From positions 150,619 through 214,618 of the forward strand of contig CAYLVW010000001.1 in the NCBI GenBank assembly GCA_964387275.1: DNA of 64,000 bases, written 5' to 3'. Below the pieces are notes generated by a model that was given only the letters and a program-made list of their open reading frames with translations, made no database searches and was not told the origin of the DNA. Both the position numbers and the translations under genes were made by a program. The stretch is from an uncultured Candidatus Saccharibacteria bacterium (lineage in GTDB: Bacteria; Patescibacteriota; WWE3; UBA101185; UBA10185). How positions within the stretch are numbered: the first letter of the stretch is position 1; each line of letters starts with the position of its first letter. Positions 29,115-38,894 of this stretch are shown piece by piece.

Positions 29115-30446
29115 ATGAAGTTATGTATTATAGGTACAGGTTATATAGGTTTGGTTGGTGCTACAGTTTTCTCTGATTGGGGAAACGAAGTTATCGGAGT
29201 TGATGTAGACAAAAAGAAAATAGAGAGGATCCAAGCTGGGGATATGCCTATATACGAGCCTGGACTTTCAGAACTAGTGTTAAAGAATGTGGAGAATAAG
29301 CATCTTCGCTTTACTACAGATCTTGAAGATGGTGTCAGAAATTCAGAGATCATCTTTATATGTGTTGGTACCCCTCAGGATCATGACGGCTCTGCAAATT
29401 TATCCTACGTTTATGCCGCTGCTAAGGAGATTGCTACTCATATAAATGATTACAAGGTTATTGTGGTTAAGAGTACAGTTCCGGTTGGTACAAATGAACA
29501 AGTAAAAAGAATTATCAGCGAAAATATTAAAAAAGGAATAGAGTTTGATGTAGTCTCTAACCCAGAATTTTTAAGAGAAGGATCTTCCGTAGAAGATATG
29601 ATGAATACAGACAGAACTGTTTTAGGTTCTGACAGTAAGAGAGCTTTGGAAAAGATGAAAGCTTTGTATCAGCACCTAAATTCACCTATAGTTGAGTGTG
29701 ATTTAAGATCAGCTGAGCTTATTAAATATGCTTCTAACTCATTTTTGGCTACAAAGATTACTTTTATTAATGAAATAAGTCAGCTGTGCGAGAAGACTGG
29801 TGCTGATGTATCTATGGTTGCTAAGGGTATGGGCTTGGATAAAAGAATCGGACCTAGATTTTTAAATGCTGGGCTTGGTTATGGGGGCAGCTGTTTTCCT
29901 AAGGATGTATCCGCTTTATACAAAACTTCTATGGATTATGGTTACCATTTTAAAATTCTGGACTCAGTAATAAGTGCCAACGAAGCTCAGAAAAATGCAT
30001 ACATTTATAAAATAGTTCATATGTATGGCGAGAACCTAACAGGTAAGACTTTTGCTTGTCTTGGCCTTTCCTTTAAAGATAATACTGATGATGTTAGAGA
30101 ATCTGTAGCAATAAAGGTTATTAGAGCTTTGAGGGGTATGGGTGCAAAGATAAATGCATATGACCCTAAAGCTTTAGAGACTGGTAAAAAGGAGCTTGGT
30201 GATTCAAGCATTGAGTATTTCACAAGTCCTTATAAAGCAGTTATGGGAGTGGATGCTATTTGTATTCTTACTGAGTGGCAGGAGTTTGGTAGTTTAGATT
30301 TAGATATGGTGAGAAAATCTGTTAGATGGCCTGTGATATTTGACGGAAGAAATAAGGTAGACTCATTTGAGGCTTTAAAGAATGGTTTTGCTTACTATGG
30401 AATAGGTAGGAAGAGTACTTCTGATACGACACCTGGAGTCCAATAA
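29115..30446 (+). CDS. ugd: UDP-glucose 6-dehydrogenase
   Basis: GTGYIG, KSTVPVG, NPEFLREG, catalytic GGSCFPKD, FK.NTDDVRES. Confidence 0.92.
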   Translation: MKLCIIGTGYIGLVGATVFSDWGNEVIGVDVDKKKIERIQAGDMPIYEPGLSELVLKNVENKHLRFTTDLEDGVRNSEIIFICVGTPQDHDGSANLSYVYAAAKEIATHINDYKVIVVKSTVPVGTNEQVKRIISENIKKGIEFDVVSNPEFLREGSSVEDMMNTDRTVLGSDSKRALEKMKALYQHLNSPIVECDLRSAELIKYASNSFLATKITFINEISQLCEKTGADVSMVAKGMGLDKRIGPRFLNAGLGYGGSCFPKDVSALYKTSMDYGYHFKILDSVISANEAQKNAYIYKIVHMYGENLTGKTFACLGLSFKDNTDDVRESVAIKVIRALRGMGAKINAYDPKALETGKKELGDSSIEYFTSPYKAVMGVDAICILTEWQEFGSLDLDMVRKSVRWPVIFDGRNKVDSFEALKNGFAYYGIGRKSTSDTTPGVQ

Positions 30447-30448
30447 AG

Positions 30449-31648
30449 ATGAAAAAGATACTATATTTTATACCAGAATTTCCGAAGCTCACCGAAACTT
30501 TTATTGAACGTGAAGTAAGTAAGTTGGTGGATTTGGGTGTTTTAGATGTAAGAGTTCTCAGTGTGAAGAAAGCCAGCGGTTTTTTGTCGCCTAATTTGAC
30601 CGAAAGGGTTACCTTTAGAGATATTAGTATTTTGGATTTTTTTCGGGGGATTAAGTATTTAATTTCATCTTTTGGAAGACTTCACGATATTTTGGTTATT
30701 ATATTTAGTGTAAATAGCCCGAAGCTGGCTGTATCAAATATGATTTACTTTTTGAAATCAGTTGGCTATGCATACGTTATAGATAGTTTTAAGCCCGATC
30801 ATATTCACTCACATTTTCTGTCTTATCCATCTACAATAGTCATGTTTGTATCAATTTTACTAGCCAAGCCTTTTAGCATATCTGGACACGCTAGAGATGT
30901 TTTTGTTGATGGCGAGTTAATACCTCAAAAAGTAGCAAGGGCAAAGTTTATTTCTATTTGTAATACATATGCTTGGAGCAAGTGTATAGAGCTTAGTAAG
31001 GGAGAGAATGCTTCCAATGTTCATAAGATATATCATGGGATGAATTTAACTTCTTTACTTGCTAAAGAGCCTAAGATGGTAAAGCCATCAAGACCACTTA
31101 TTTTTGCAGGTTCACGCTTAGTTGAAAAGAAAGGTTTAAAGTATCTTATAGAAGCTTCCAAAACATTAAAGGAGCGTGGGGTAAATCATGAGGTGCATAT
31201 AGTAGGGCCGGGGCCTTTATATCAACAGCTAGTAGATATGGTTAATTTTTTGGGTTTATCAGATACTGTTTTTATACCTGGTGCTGGAAAAGGAGTATCT
31301 AACGCAGATATTATGGAATATTTTAAGATAGCAGATATATTTGCTCATCCAAGTATTGAGACAGGGACTGGGGACGTGGATGGAGTTCCTACATTTGTTA
31401 TAGAATCCTCTATGGCTAAAGTTCCAGTTGTAACAACAAGAGCAGGTAGTATTACCGATCTTATAGATGACGAGACAGGAGTATTAGTTAAACAAAAAGA
31501 TCCATATTCTTTAGCTGATGGCCTGGAGAAGCTTATTGTAAGTCCTGAGCTTAGAAAATCTCTTGGTCAAAAAGCTTACGATAGGGCTAAGGTAATGTTT
31601 GATCTAGATGTTAATGTGACTTCGTTGCAGACTCTTTTTCTGGAGTAG
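30449..31648 (+). CDS. GT4 glycosyltransferase (WcaL-like)
   Basis: FPKLTETFI, HIHSHF, RLVEKKG, DGVP..VIE. Confidence 0.85.
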   Translation: MKKILYFIPEFPKLTETFIEREVSKLVDLGVLDVRVLSVKKASGFLSPNLTERVTFRDISILDFFRGIKYLISSFGRLHDILVIIFSVNSPKLAVSNMIYFLKSVGYAYVIDSFKPDHIHSHFLSYPSTIVMFVSILLAKPFSISGHARDVFVDGELIPQKVARAKFISICNTYAWSKCIELSKGENASNVHKIYHGMNLTSLLAKEPKMVKPSRPLIFAGSRLVEKKGLKYLIEASKTLKERGVNHEVHIVGPGPLYQQLVDMVNFLGLSDTVFIPGAGKGVSNADIMEYFKIADIFAHPSIETGTGDVDGVPTFVIESSMAKVPVVTTRAGSITDLIDDETGVLVKQKDPYSLADGLEKLIVSPELRKSLGQKAYDRAKVMFDLDVNVTSLQTLFLE

Positions 31649-31700
31649 TGTTTATTTTTATAGCTTTGTGGGTCAGTGTTTTTTTGATTTATATTAGGTA

Positions 31701-31738
31701 GGGCCGGGTTATTGGAGCGAAGCTCAATAACCCGGCCC
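31701..31738. terminator. Long hairpin between convergent genes, possible bidirectional terminator
   Basis: GGGCCGGGTTATT(G)GAGC-GAA-GCTCAATAACCCGGCCC, 17 bp with one bulge. No downstream U-tract on either strand. Confidence 0.6.
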
Positions 31739-31769
31739 CTAAGCCGTCCTACAAAACCAAAACAAAAGC

Positions 31770-32012
31770 CTAGCAAGGATAATACCTCTTACCAGTTTCA
31801 GGATCCAGAATGTAATATCCTCTAGGATACTGGAAAGAAACTATAACTTCACTAGATTCAGCCAGTTCTTTAGGAATATAGAACCTGGTCATAGCGCTAT
31901 AATCAGTATCATTAACTCTAAACATAAGCTTAGCTGTATTTTCCTCCATTGCCACAGTTATGTCTGAAACTTTAATAGTTGGCCAGTCTCTTGCTGGTAC
32001 AATAGAAAGCAT
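31770..32012 (-). CDS. Hypothetical 80-aa protein
   Basis: Fills the intergenic gap. SD GAGGAG precedes the ATG at 32012, with an upstream extended -10 and a downstream hairpin. Confidence 0.7.
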   Translation of the reverse strand: MLSIVPARDWPTIKVSDITVAMEENTAKLMFRVNDTDYSAMTRFYIPKELAESSEVIVSFQYPRGYYILDPETGKRYYPC

Positions 32013-32055
32013 GATTCTCTCCTCTTTCACCAAAAGTCCTCTCTTAATTAAGACA

Positions 32056-32072
32056 ATAATATCATGTACAAT
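32056..32072. promoter_or_regulatory. Back-to-back -10 elements (divergent promoter)
   Basis: Minus strand TGaTATTAT (32064-32056). Plus strand TACAAT (32067-32072), 6 nt before the ATG at 32079. Confidence 0.5.
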
Positions 32073-32078
32073 AACCTT

Positions 32079-33260
32079 ATGAAAATTGCTGTTTTTATAA
32101 AATCCACCACGTTTCACAAAACATACGGTGGTATGGAAACACAAAACAAATTATTGTGTGAAGAATTAGCTAGAAGAGGTTACCAAGTCACAGTATTCTC
32201 CCCCCAACTTGAACTTACAATTTCTGACAAGAATGAATTTGGGGTAAGGTATGAATTTATCAATTGTGACTACACAAATTCACTATTGTCATTTATAAAC
32301 CCTAATAGCTGGTTTAAGAAATCTTATGACCATTTTATAAAGCAGGACACTGAAAGAAATTTTGATATCATTATTTCTCAAAGCTCTGCCGCTCTTGGTG
32401 TTATAAAAAGAAGACGCTTTGTAAAAGCATCAATAATTTCAATCTCACATGGAACGACAATTAGCGAATACAAAAGCTACTTATCTTCTGCTAAATCTCT
32501 TAAATCTTACCTACGTTTTGTGCCTAATACTCTATATACTCTAAGAAATTTTTTTGGTAGGCAAAGAGAGTTTATACATGGTTCGGATGTCAATGTGGCA
32601 GTTTCAAATTTTGTTAAAACTAACTTGATCAATGAGACATTTGTTGAAGAGAATAAAGTTATTGTTATCAATAACGGTATAGACCCTAACCCATTTGAGA
32701 AGTTTCAGAGAACTTTCAAAACAGCCAGGAATCTTAAAGTGATGTATTCTGGAAGAGTTGACAGATCTAAGGGGGTATTTCAGTTACTAAGGTTGGCTAA
32801 AAAATTTCCCGAACTTCAGATAAACTTTTATGGAACAGGTGACGCTTATGAAGATCTATCCAAGCAAGTTATGAAAGACAGCATTAACAATGTTGTTATG
32901 CATGGCAAGGTACTGTACAAAGACATGGTGGCTAAATATTTTGAAAATGACGTTTTGGTATTGCCAACTATTCGAGTAGAGGGGTTACCGATGGTTATTA
33001 TTGAGGCGCAGTTTTCCAAATTACCAATTATTGCAAGTGACATGGGAGGTATAACTGACGCAATAAAAAACGGCAAAACAGGCTTGCTTATAAATGCTGG
33101 AGATTTTGAAGACTTAGCTGATAAAATAAAGATACTTATGTCGTCAATGGAAACCAGGAAAAAAGTTTCTGAGGGAGCCTACAATTTTGCAACAGAGAAT
33201 TTTACGATTACTAAGATGACAGATAGATACGAACAAATTATTAGAAAGCTTAGAAAATGA
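32079..33260 (+). CDS. GT4 glycosyltransferase
   Basis: MKIA, GGME, LARRG..V, GRVDRSKG, EGLPMVIIEA. Confidence 0.88.
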   Translation: MKIAVFIKSTTFHKTYGGMETQNKLLCEELARRGYQVTVFSPQLELTISDKNEFGVRYEFINCDYTNSLLSFINPNSWFKKSYDHFIKQDTERNFDIIISQSSAALGVIKRRRFVKASIISISHGTTISEYKSYLSSAKSLKSYLRFVPNTLYTLRNFFGRQREFIHGSDVNVAVSNFVKTNLINETFVEENKVIVINNGIDPNPFEKFQRTFKTARNLKVMYSGRVDRSKGVFQLLRLAKKFPELQINFYGTGDAYEDLSKQVMKDSINNVVMHGKVLYKDMVAKYFENDVLVLPTIRVEGLPMVIIEAQFSKLPIIASDMGGITDAIKNGKTGLLINAGDFEDLADKIKILMSSMETRKKVSEGAYNFATENFTITKMTDRYEQIIRKLRK

Positions 33261-34450
33261 AAATTCTTAGAATTGTATACGATTGGCCTCCACCCTGGGA
33301 CGGTTTAGGCCCACATCCTTATGAGGTGACTGTTTCTCAGGCCTTACTTGGTCATGATATTACAGTTTTTTGTGCGAGGTGGCCAAATGCTGGGAAAATT
33401 GAAGAACCTAAAGGTACCTCTGTGGTTGGTTTTATTAGAGAGCCCATTGAAGGTACCTGGTTTTTTACCACTTCTTTACTGATGTTTGGATATTATCTTT
33501 CTTGGAGGTCCCATAACACTCCAGATATTATTCATATACATGGCCATTTTGGTGCATGGATTTATCTTTATCGTAGATTTCTCGCAATATTTAATAAAAA
33601 CCACCCAGAATTATCTATACCTATTGTTTCTCACTTTCACAATACTGTAGCTGGTAGAAGAGCTAAATTTTTATCTATGAACAAACCAATAAAGACTATT
33701 TCTAAGTACTTGTCTTGGCCCATTGCTGAGTGGTCTGATAGGCAAGCTATAAAGCAGTCTAAGGCACATCTTTTTGTTAGCCAAGACACCAGAGACGAGG
33801 CAGTAAAGTTTTACTCCGCTTCTTTAGAAAAATGTTACTTAGTAGAAACTGGTGTTAATACACATTTATTTAGGCCGATAGGTACCGAGGAGTTTGAAAA
33901 AACTCGCAAAGATTTAGGTTTGGATTCCAGAGATATTGTTATTTTGAATTACGGGAAGATGGTTGAGAGAAAAAATATTCATCTACTGGTGGAAGCTTTA
34001 CCAAACTTACCCATAACTTACAAACTTCTGCTTGTTGGTTCTGGGGATAGTTCTTATATCGGGAGAATGAAAGAGCGAATTACAGAGCTTGGTTTAACAG
34101 ATCGGGTTATTTTTGTAGGTTATACTCCGTACCCAGAACTTCCTATAGCAATTCAGGCGTCAAATTTATTTGTTCTTCCTTCAAGCTGGGAGGGTTTACC
34201 AAAGGTTGTTATGGAAAGTTTGGCGTGTAAAGTTAAAGTATTAGCTTCAGGATTTAGAGTATCCGAGGACATTAGGGGTCTATTTTACTTAGAATCTTTG
34301 GAACCTATGGATATTGCAGCCAAAATACAGGAAGTGGTTCAAACTGAGGTTGACGTAGATAGGGATAGGATTATAGACAAATTTTCTTGGGATAAGCGTG
34401 TGCAAATTATTGAAAAGGTATATGAAAAAATCACTTCAGCAGATAATTAA
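33257..34450 (+). CDS. GT4 glycosyltransferase
   Basis: MKIL, DIIHIH, RKNI, PSSWEGLPKVVMESLAC. Confidence 0.88.
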   Translation: MKILRIVYDWPPPWDGLGPHPYEVTVSQALLGHDITVFCARWPNAGKIEEPKGTSVVGFIREPIEGTWFFTTSLLMFGYYLSWRSHNTPDIIHIHGHFGAWIYLYRRFLAIFNKNHPELSIPIVSHFHNTVAGRRAKFLSMNKPIKTISKYLSWPIAEWSDRQAIKQSKAHLFVSQDTRDEAVKFYSASLEKCYLVETGVNTHLFRPIGTEEFEKTRKDLGLDSRDIVILNYGKMVERKNIHLLVEALPNLPITYKLLLVGSGDSSYIGRMKERITELGLTDRVIFVGYTPYPELPIAIQASNLFVLPSSWEGLPKVVMESLACKVKVLASGFRVSEDIRGLFYLESLEPMDIAAKIQEVVQTEVDVDRDRIIDKFSWDKRVQIIEKVYEKITSADN

Positions 34451-36005
34451 TATAGATAAATTCTTCCATGAAAAAAGTACTATAAATTTTGTATTTGTAC
34501 TATTTATTACACTACACTTATTTTTACTAAACATTAACTTTGCAGAGTGGGGAGATTCGTACAGAATACTAAGGGCCTCTGAGTACCTACGCTCCTTTGA
34601 TTATCCTAGTGATGAGAAAAGGCCACCTCTGTATTCTCTGTTGCTTTCCATTAGGCCCTCTGTTGTAGATCCTATTATATGGGGCAAGATATTAATGTTA
34701 CTAATTAGCACGCTAACATTCATACTGTTCACTAAAATAGCCAGTGAGTTTTTTTCAAATAATTATTACAAAACAAATTTAGCTTCATTATTTTTGGCAC
34801 TTAACCCGGTGTTTTTATATTGGTCACTTAGAATTTATGCTGATGTTTTTTTTGCATTAATAGTACTTTTGGCGACTTTAGTTTATATAAAAAGGTATAA
34901 GAGAGTTAATTCGTATCTTAATATTTTCATATTAGGGTTTATTACATCCTTGGGAATAGTAACTAGATTTGAAGGTTTTATTCTTTTTGGGGCACTCGGG
35001 ATTGGAATTACTTTTTCAGAAGGCTTTGTTAACTTGACCTACCAAATAAGAGAAAACTTAGGTAAAGTCTTATCTTATGCCTTAACTGTTGTTTTAATGA
35101 TTTTTCCATACTTTATTTGGAGAAATCCTTTTACAAGCTCTTATTTATCTGAGCCATCAGGCAGAGTATTTGGGGTAAACGAAATAGTAATATTTTTTGC
35201 ATCCGTTGCTTTTTGTGGTGGTTCCATTTTGTATTTTATATTTATAAGCCAATCAATTAATACCATAAAAAAGTTTCTTGTTGAGAATACGTTTATTGGA
35301 AGCTACCTTCTTTTTATTTTAATACTTTCTTTGCTATGGCCCGCTGCTATTCCCAGATTACTGGTTTCTGCTATTCCCTTTGGGATATTATTGTTTGTTG
35401 TTCAGTACACATCTGTTCTTGAGTTTACAAAGAAACAGGTAATAATTGTTAGTTCTCTCCTTATTGGTTTTTATATATTAGTGCAGTATAAATACAAATT
35501 GCAGTTTTTGTTACCGAGTAAACAACTTATGGTTATTGTGATTCTTATGGGTCTTTTGTCACTACTTGCTTATTTGCTTAGGAACAAAAACCTTTTATTG
35601 CTATCTTTCATACTTTCTATGTTTGTCTGGTCATTAACTGTAGTATATTTGCATAAAGATATATTCAAGGTTGTAACATTAGGTGCCAAATTCGCAGGTA
35701 GGGGTTTGGATGGGGTTGTTGCTTACAACGATATCTCCGCTGTATCTGACTGGTATCTTAATAATGATCCTTTGAGAAATCCTAAAGTTAGTGGAAAATT
35801 TCTACCTTACTACAAAAAATCCGATGCTAGCTTATCTAATCTGAGGGCAATAGGGTCAGATTATCTTCTTATTACTAACGAGCATAATTTGAGTATGACA
35901 TTTGATGATAGCGACAAGCCTTATTTAGAAAAAGTAGCTGAATATACTGAAACAGTAAATGGAGGTAGTTTTTTTACCAAAGTATACAAGGTAAAGTATA
36001 ATTAA
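34422..36005 (+). CDS. GT-C fold (PMT/ArnT-like) membrane glycosyltransferase
   Basis: About 12 TM helices; acidic first loop EWGDS, RPPLY, LNP, TRFEG. The ATG at 34422 is preferred. Confidence 0.7.
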   Translation: MKKSLQQIINIDKFFHEKSTINFVFVLFITLHLFLLNINFAEWGDSYRILRASEYLRSFDYPSDEKRPPLYSLLLSIRPSVVDPIIWGKILMLLISTLTFILFTKIASEFFSNNYYKTNLASLFLALNPVFLYWSLRIYADVFFALIVLLATLVYIKRYKRVNSYLNIFILGFITSLGIVTRFEGFILFGALGIGITFSEGFVNLTYQIRENLGKVLSYALTVVLMIFPYFIWRNPFTSSYLSEPSGRVFGVNEIVIFFASVAFCGGSILYFIFISQSINTIKKFLVENTFIGSYLLFILILSLLWPAAIPRLLVSAIPFGILLFVVQYTSVLEFTKKQVIIVSSLLIGFYILVQYKYKLQFLLPSKQLMVIVILMGLLSLLAYLLRNKNLLLLSFILSMFVWSLTVVYLHKDIFKVVTLGAKFAGRGLDGVVAYNDISAVSDWYLNNDPLRNPKVSGKFLPYYKKSDASLSNLRAIGSDYLLITNEHNLSMTFDDSDKPYLEKVAEYTETVNGGSFFTKVYKVKYN

Positions 36006-36009
36006 ACTT

Positions 36010-36699
36010 ATGAAATTATCAGTCGTTATTCCAGTTTATAATGAAAAAAAAACTATTGAACAGATAATAGCATCTGTAAGATCTGTTACGGGGATTGAGA
36101 AGGAGATAGTAGTTGTAGACGATTTTTCTACCGACGGCACTCGGGAAATCCTTTCCGGAATATCAACAAAATATCCAGAGGTAAAAATATATTTTAAAGA
36201 ATTTAATTCAGGTAAGGGAGCTACTTTAAGGGAAGCATTTAGCCATACCACCGGAGATTTAGTAATAGTACAAGATGCTGATTTAGAGTATGACCCCAAA
36301 GATTACTCAGTGTTGGTTGAAGCTTACAATAAATTAGGTGGCAAGGCTGTAGTATATGGTTCAAGGTTTTCAGGAAATTACCAAGACATGACCAGTCTGC
36401 ATTATCATGGAAATCGGCTACTTACTATGATAACTAATTTTCTTTTTGGTACTTCACTTACTGATATGGAGACATGCTACAAACTCTTACCTGGGAATTT
36501 TGCTCGTGAAGTTAAAATTATTTCTAATAGATTTAACTTTGAGCCGGAGATCACAGCAAAAATTCTTAAATCTGGTTTTAAGATTGTAGAAGTCCCTATT
36601 ACTTATAAAGGCAGAAGTTTTTCAGAAGGAAAAAAAATTACATGGCGAGATGGTATATCTGCTTTGTACACATTAATTAGATTTAGAATTGCCAGTTAG
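36010..36699 (+). CDS. GT2 polyprenol-phosphate glycosyltransferase (DPM/DPG synthase-like)
   Basis: IPVYNE, DDFSTDGT, GKG, QDADLEYDP, GSRF, DMETCYK, GKKITWRDG. Confidence 0.88.
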   Translation: MKLSVVIPVYNEKKTIEQIIASVRSVTGIEKEIVVVDDFSTDGTREILSGISTKYPEVKIYFKEFNSGKGATLREAFSHTTGDLVIVQDADLEYDPKDYSVLVEAYNKLGGKAVVYGSRFSGNYQDMTSLHYHGNRLLTMITNFLFGTSLTDMETCYKLLPGNFAREVKIISNRFNFEPEITAKILKSGFKIVEVPITYKGRSFSEGKKITWRDGISALYTLIRFRIAS

Positions 36700-36702
36700 C
36701 TT

Positions 36703-38850
36703 ATGAAAAAACTAGTTAACTTTTTGACTAATAATAAATTGTTGGTGGTACTTTTTGTTTACAGTCTGTTTATTTTCGCTGTAAATATTAGGATAAACTA
36801 TTTTAGATACGATAATTTTGATTTTGGTAAGTTTGACTTGGGTAACATGTCTCAAATGTTATGGAATACCATGAATGGTAGGTTTATGTATCTTACTGAT
36901 TACTTTGGGACGAATCTACCTAGGTGGGCAATGAGCCATGTTGATCCTATCCTTCTTCTTTTCTTGCCGGTTTTTGCGATATTTCCGAATTCTATGACTC
37001 TGGTAGTAGGGCAGTTAATACTTGTTATTTTTGGGTCACTTATAGTCTACTATATTGCAAAGCAGCAACTTGGGTCTAGTTTATCTGGTTTTATTGCAGG
37101 ATTAATATACTTGTCTTACCCTGCTCTTGGGTTTTTGACTGCTTGGACTGGTTTTCATGGAGTTAGTGCTGCTATACCTTTTTTTCTTCTAGCTTTTTAT
37201 TTATTAGAACGAATGCATAAGTCTAATAATTTTAACCGTTTCGGTATTGGATTATTTTGGCTTTTGCTCATAATCTTGATGTCTGGAAAAGAGCAGATAT
37301 CTCTATATATTGTTATGTGGGGAATTTTTATTTTGTTTTTTAGAAGCAGCCTTGATTATTCTTCCATTAAAAACTTCAGTGTGACCAGATATATTGCTGA
37401 TGTTAGAACTAAGTTAGGTTTATCTATGGTACTAATTGGAGCATTGTGGTTCATATTTTGTTTTTTTGTAATAATTCCTGCCAATGCTCACTATAGGATT
37501 AATGGTTTTGATCGGTTTGCAAAGAGTTTGGATTTAAATCCAGAAGGTTTAAATGATGTATCAAAGGACAACTATTTTCTTAAGAGGTACGAATCTTTTG
37601 GGGATGGATATTTGGGTGTAGCTCTTGGAATACTAGGTAATCCTTCTGATACCATAAGGGTATTATTTGGTGGAGACAAGCTTGATAATTTTCGAGAGAC
37701 TTTGGAGCCACTCGGCTACCTACCTTTTTTGTACCCACAGGTGTTTTTGCTGGCACTACCTGATTTTGCAATTAATTATCTTACTACCCTAGATGGAGTT
37801 GGTACCTCTGAGATTTATAATCATAGAGTCTCTATGATAATACCAGTAGTTGTGGTTTCTGCAATTTATGCTGTTGGGTTTTTGTCCAGTTTACTTTCTG
37901 AGATAGGGATAAAAAACAAAAAACTTGATAAAAAATTAGTATCTACTGTTCTACTATTATTTGTTTTATTTCAAACCCTACTTAGTACATATAGATATAA
38001 TAATCCGGTTTATTTATGGTTTACACAAGCCATTCAAAAAAAACTTATTGGATCTGTTGCACTTGCAAAAACTGATACATCTTTAATTAACAAAGCGTTA
38101 GGGAAGGGTGATGTTGTGAGGATAACTACCTTGGAGAATAAAGACAGAGAGTGCGCTAAGCAGATTGTAGAAATGATACCAGAAGGTGTTAGTGTGAGCG
38201 GACCTGACTATTTAGGTGCTCATCTAGGACTTCGTGAAACTTATGCAATATTTCCGGCTTTATACAATGAGGCTGACTACGTTATCATAGATGTATTTTC
38301 CAAAAAGATACTAACAATATTGGATGCTGATGTGTCTTTAGTTAAGGATGTTTTGAAGGATGTATACACCAGCAAGGACTACGATATGGTGACTGGGTGT
38401 GGTAACTTGTTCGTTTTTAGAAAAATTCAGACATCCGAAACAGTATCAAAGCTGCCGTTACAAGAAAGATTTACATACGATGAGAAAGTTAGTATGGAAA
38501 TTTTTCAAACACTCACTGTGGTTGATTACATATATCCAGAGAGTATGAATCGCGGTAGTTCCTATCCATTTGAGATTGTCTACTCCAAAAAAGGTGATGG
38601 CAACTTATCTGATTATGTTTTATATACTACATTAATAAATAACAAAACAGGGCAAGTTTACCAATTTGCCAATCTACCTTCCTTTGCTATATCACCTGTA
38701 AAAGATTGGGTTGAGGATAGATACTATATCGAATCCTTTGGGGTTACTATTCCTGGATATATAGATGGAGGTAACTACAGATTGTTTGTTGGTATGACTA
38801 ATAACATTAGAAATAGAAGTATGTATTTAGGAGATATACAGGTCAATTAA
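36703..38850 (+). CDS. DUF2079-like multi-pass membrane protein (predicted GT-C) with C-terminal soluble domains
   Basis: FDLG..Q, H.DPIL, GFH and KE motifs, about 11 TM helices, beta-rich C-terminal region. Confidence 0.7.
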   Translation: MKKLVNFLTNNKLLVVLFVYSLFIFAVNIRINYFRYDNFDFGKFDLGNMSQMLWNTMNGRFMYLTDYFGTNLPRWAMSHVDPILLLFLPVFAIFPNSMTLVVGQLILVIFGSLIVYYIAKQQLGSSLSGFIAGLIYLSYPALGFLTAWTGFHGVSAAIPFFLLAFYLLERMHKSNNFNRFGIGLFWLLLIILMSGKEQISLYIVMWGIFILFFRSSLDYSSIKNFSVTRYIADVRTKLGLSMVLIGALWFIFCFFVIIPANAHYRINGFDRFAKSLDLNPEGLNDVSKDNYFLKRYESFGDGYLGVALGILGNPSDTIRVLFGGDKLDNFRETLEPLGYLPFLYPQVFLLALPDFAINYLTTLDGVGTSEIYNHRVSMIIPVVVVSAIYAVGFLSSLLSEIGIKNKKLDKKLVSTVLLLFVLFQTLLSTYRYNNPVYLWFTQAIQKKLIGSVALAKTDTSLINKALGKGDVVRITTLENKDRECAKQIVEMIPEGVSVSGPDYLGAHLGLRETYAIFPALYNEADYVIIDVFSKKILTILDADVSLVKDVLKDVYTSKDYDMVTGCGNLFVFRKIQTSETVSKLPLQERFTYDEKVSMEIFQTLTVVDYIYPESMNRGSSYPFEIVYSKKGDGNLSDYVLYTTLINNKTGQVYQFANLPSFAISPVKDWVEDRYYIESFGVTIPGYIDGGNYRLFVGMTNNIRNRSMYLGDIQVN

Positions 38851-38857
38851 CTGGTGT

Positions 38858-38887
38858 TTGACGATCCCACCTAAATACCTGCACAAT
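38858..38887 (+). promoter_or_regulatory. Candidate promoter, leaderless geometry
   Basis: TTGACG-N18-CACAAT ending 7 nt before the ATG at 38895. Confidence 0.4.
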
Positions 38888-38894
38888 AAAGTAT

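Noticed and set aside
31576-31776. 66-aa minus-strand ORF
   Set aside because: Runs through the hairpin and overlaps two genes; likely spurious.
32013-32144. N-terminal 44 codons of the 124-aa minus ORF
   Set aside because: They overlap the GT4 start and promoter. The SD supports the ATG at 32012.
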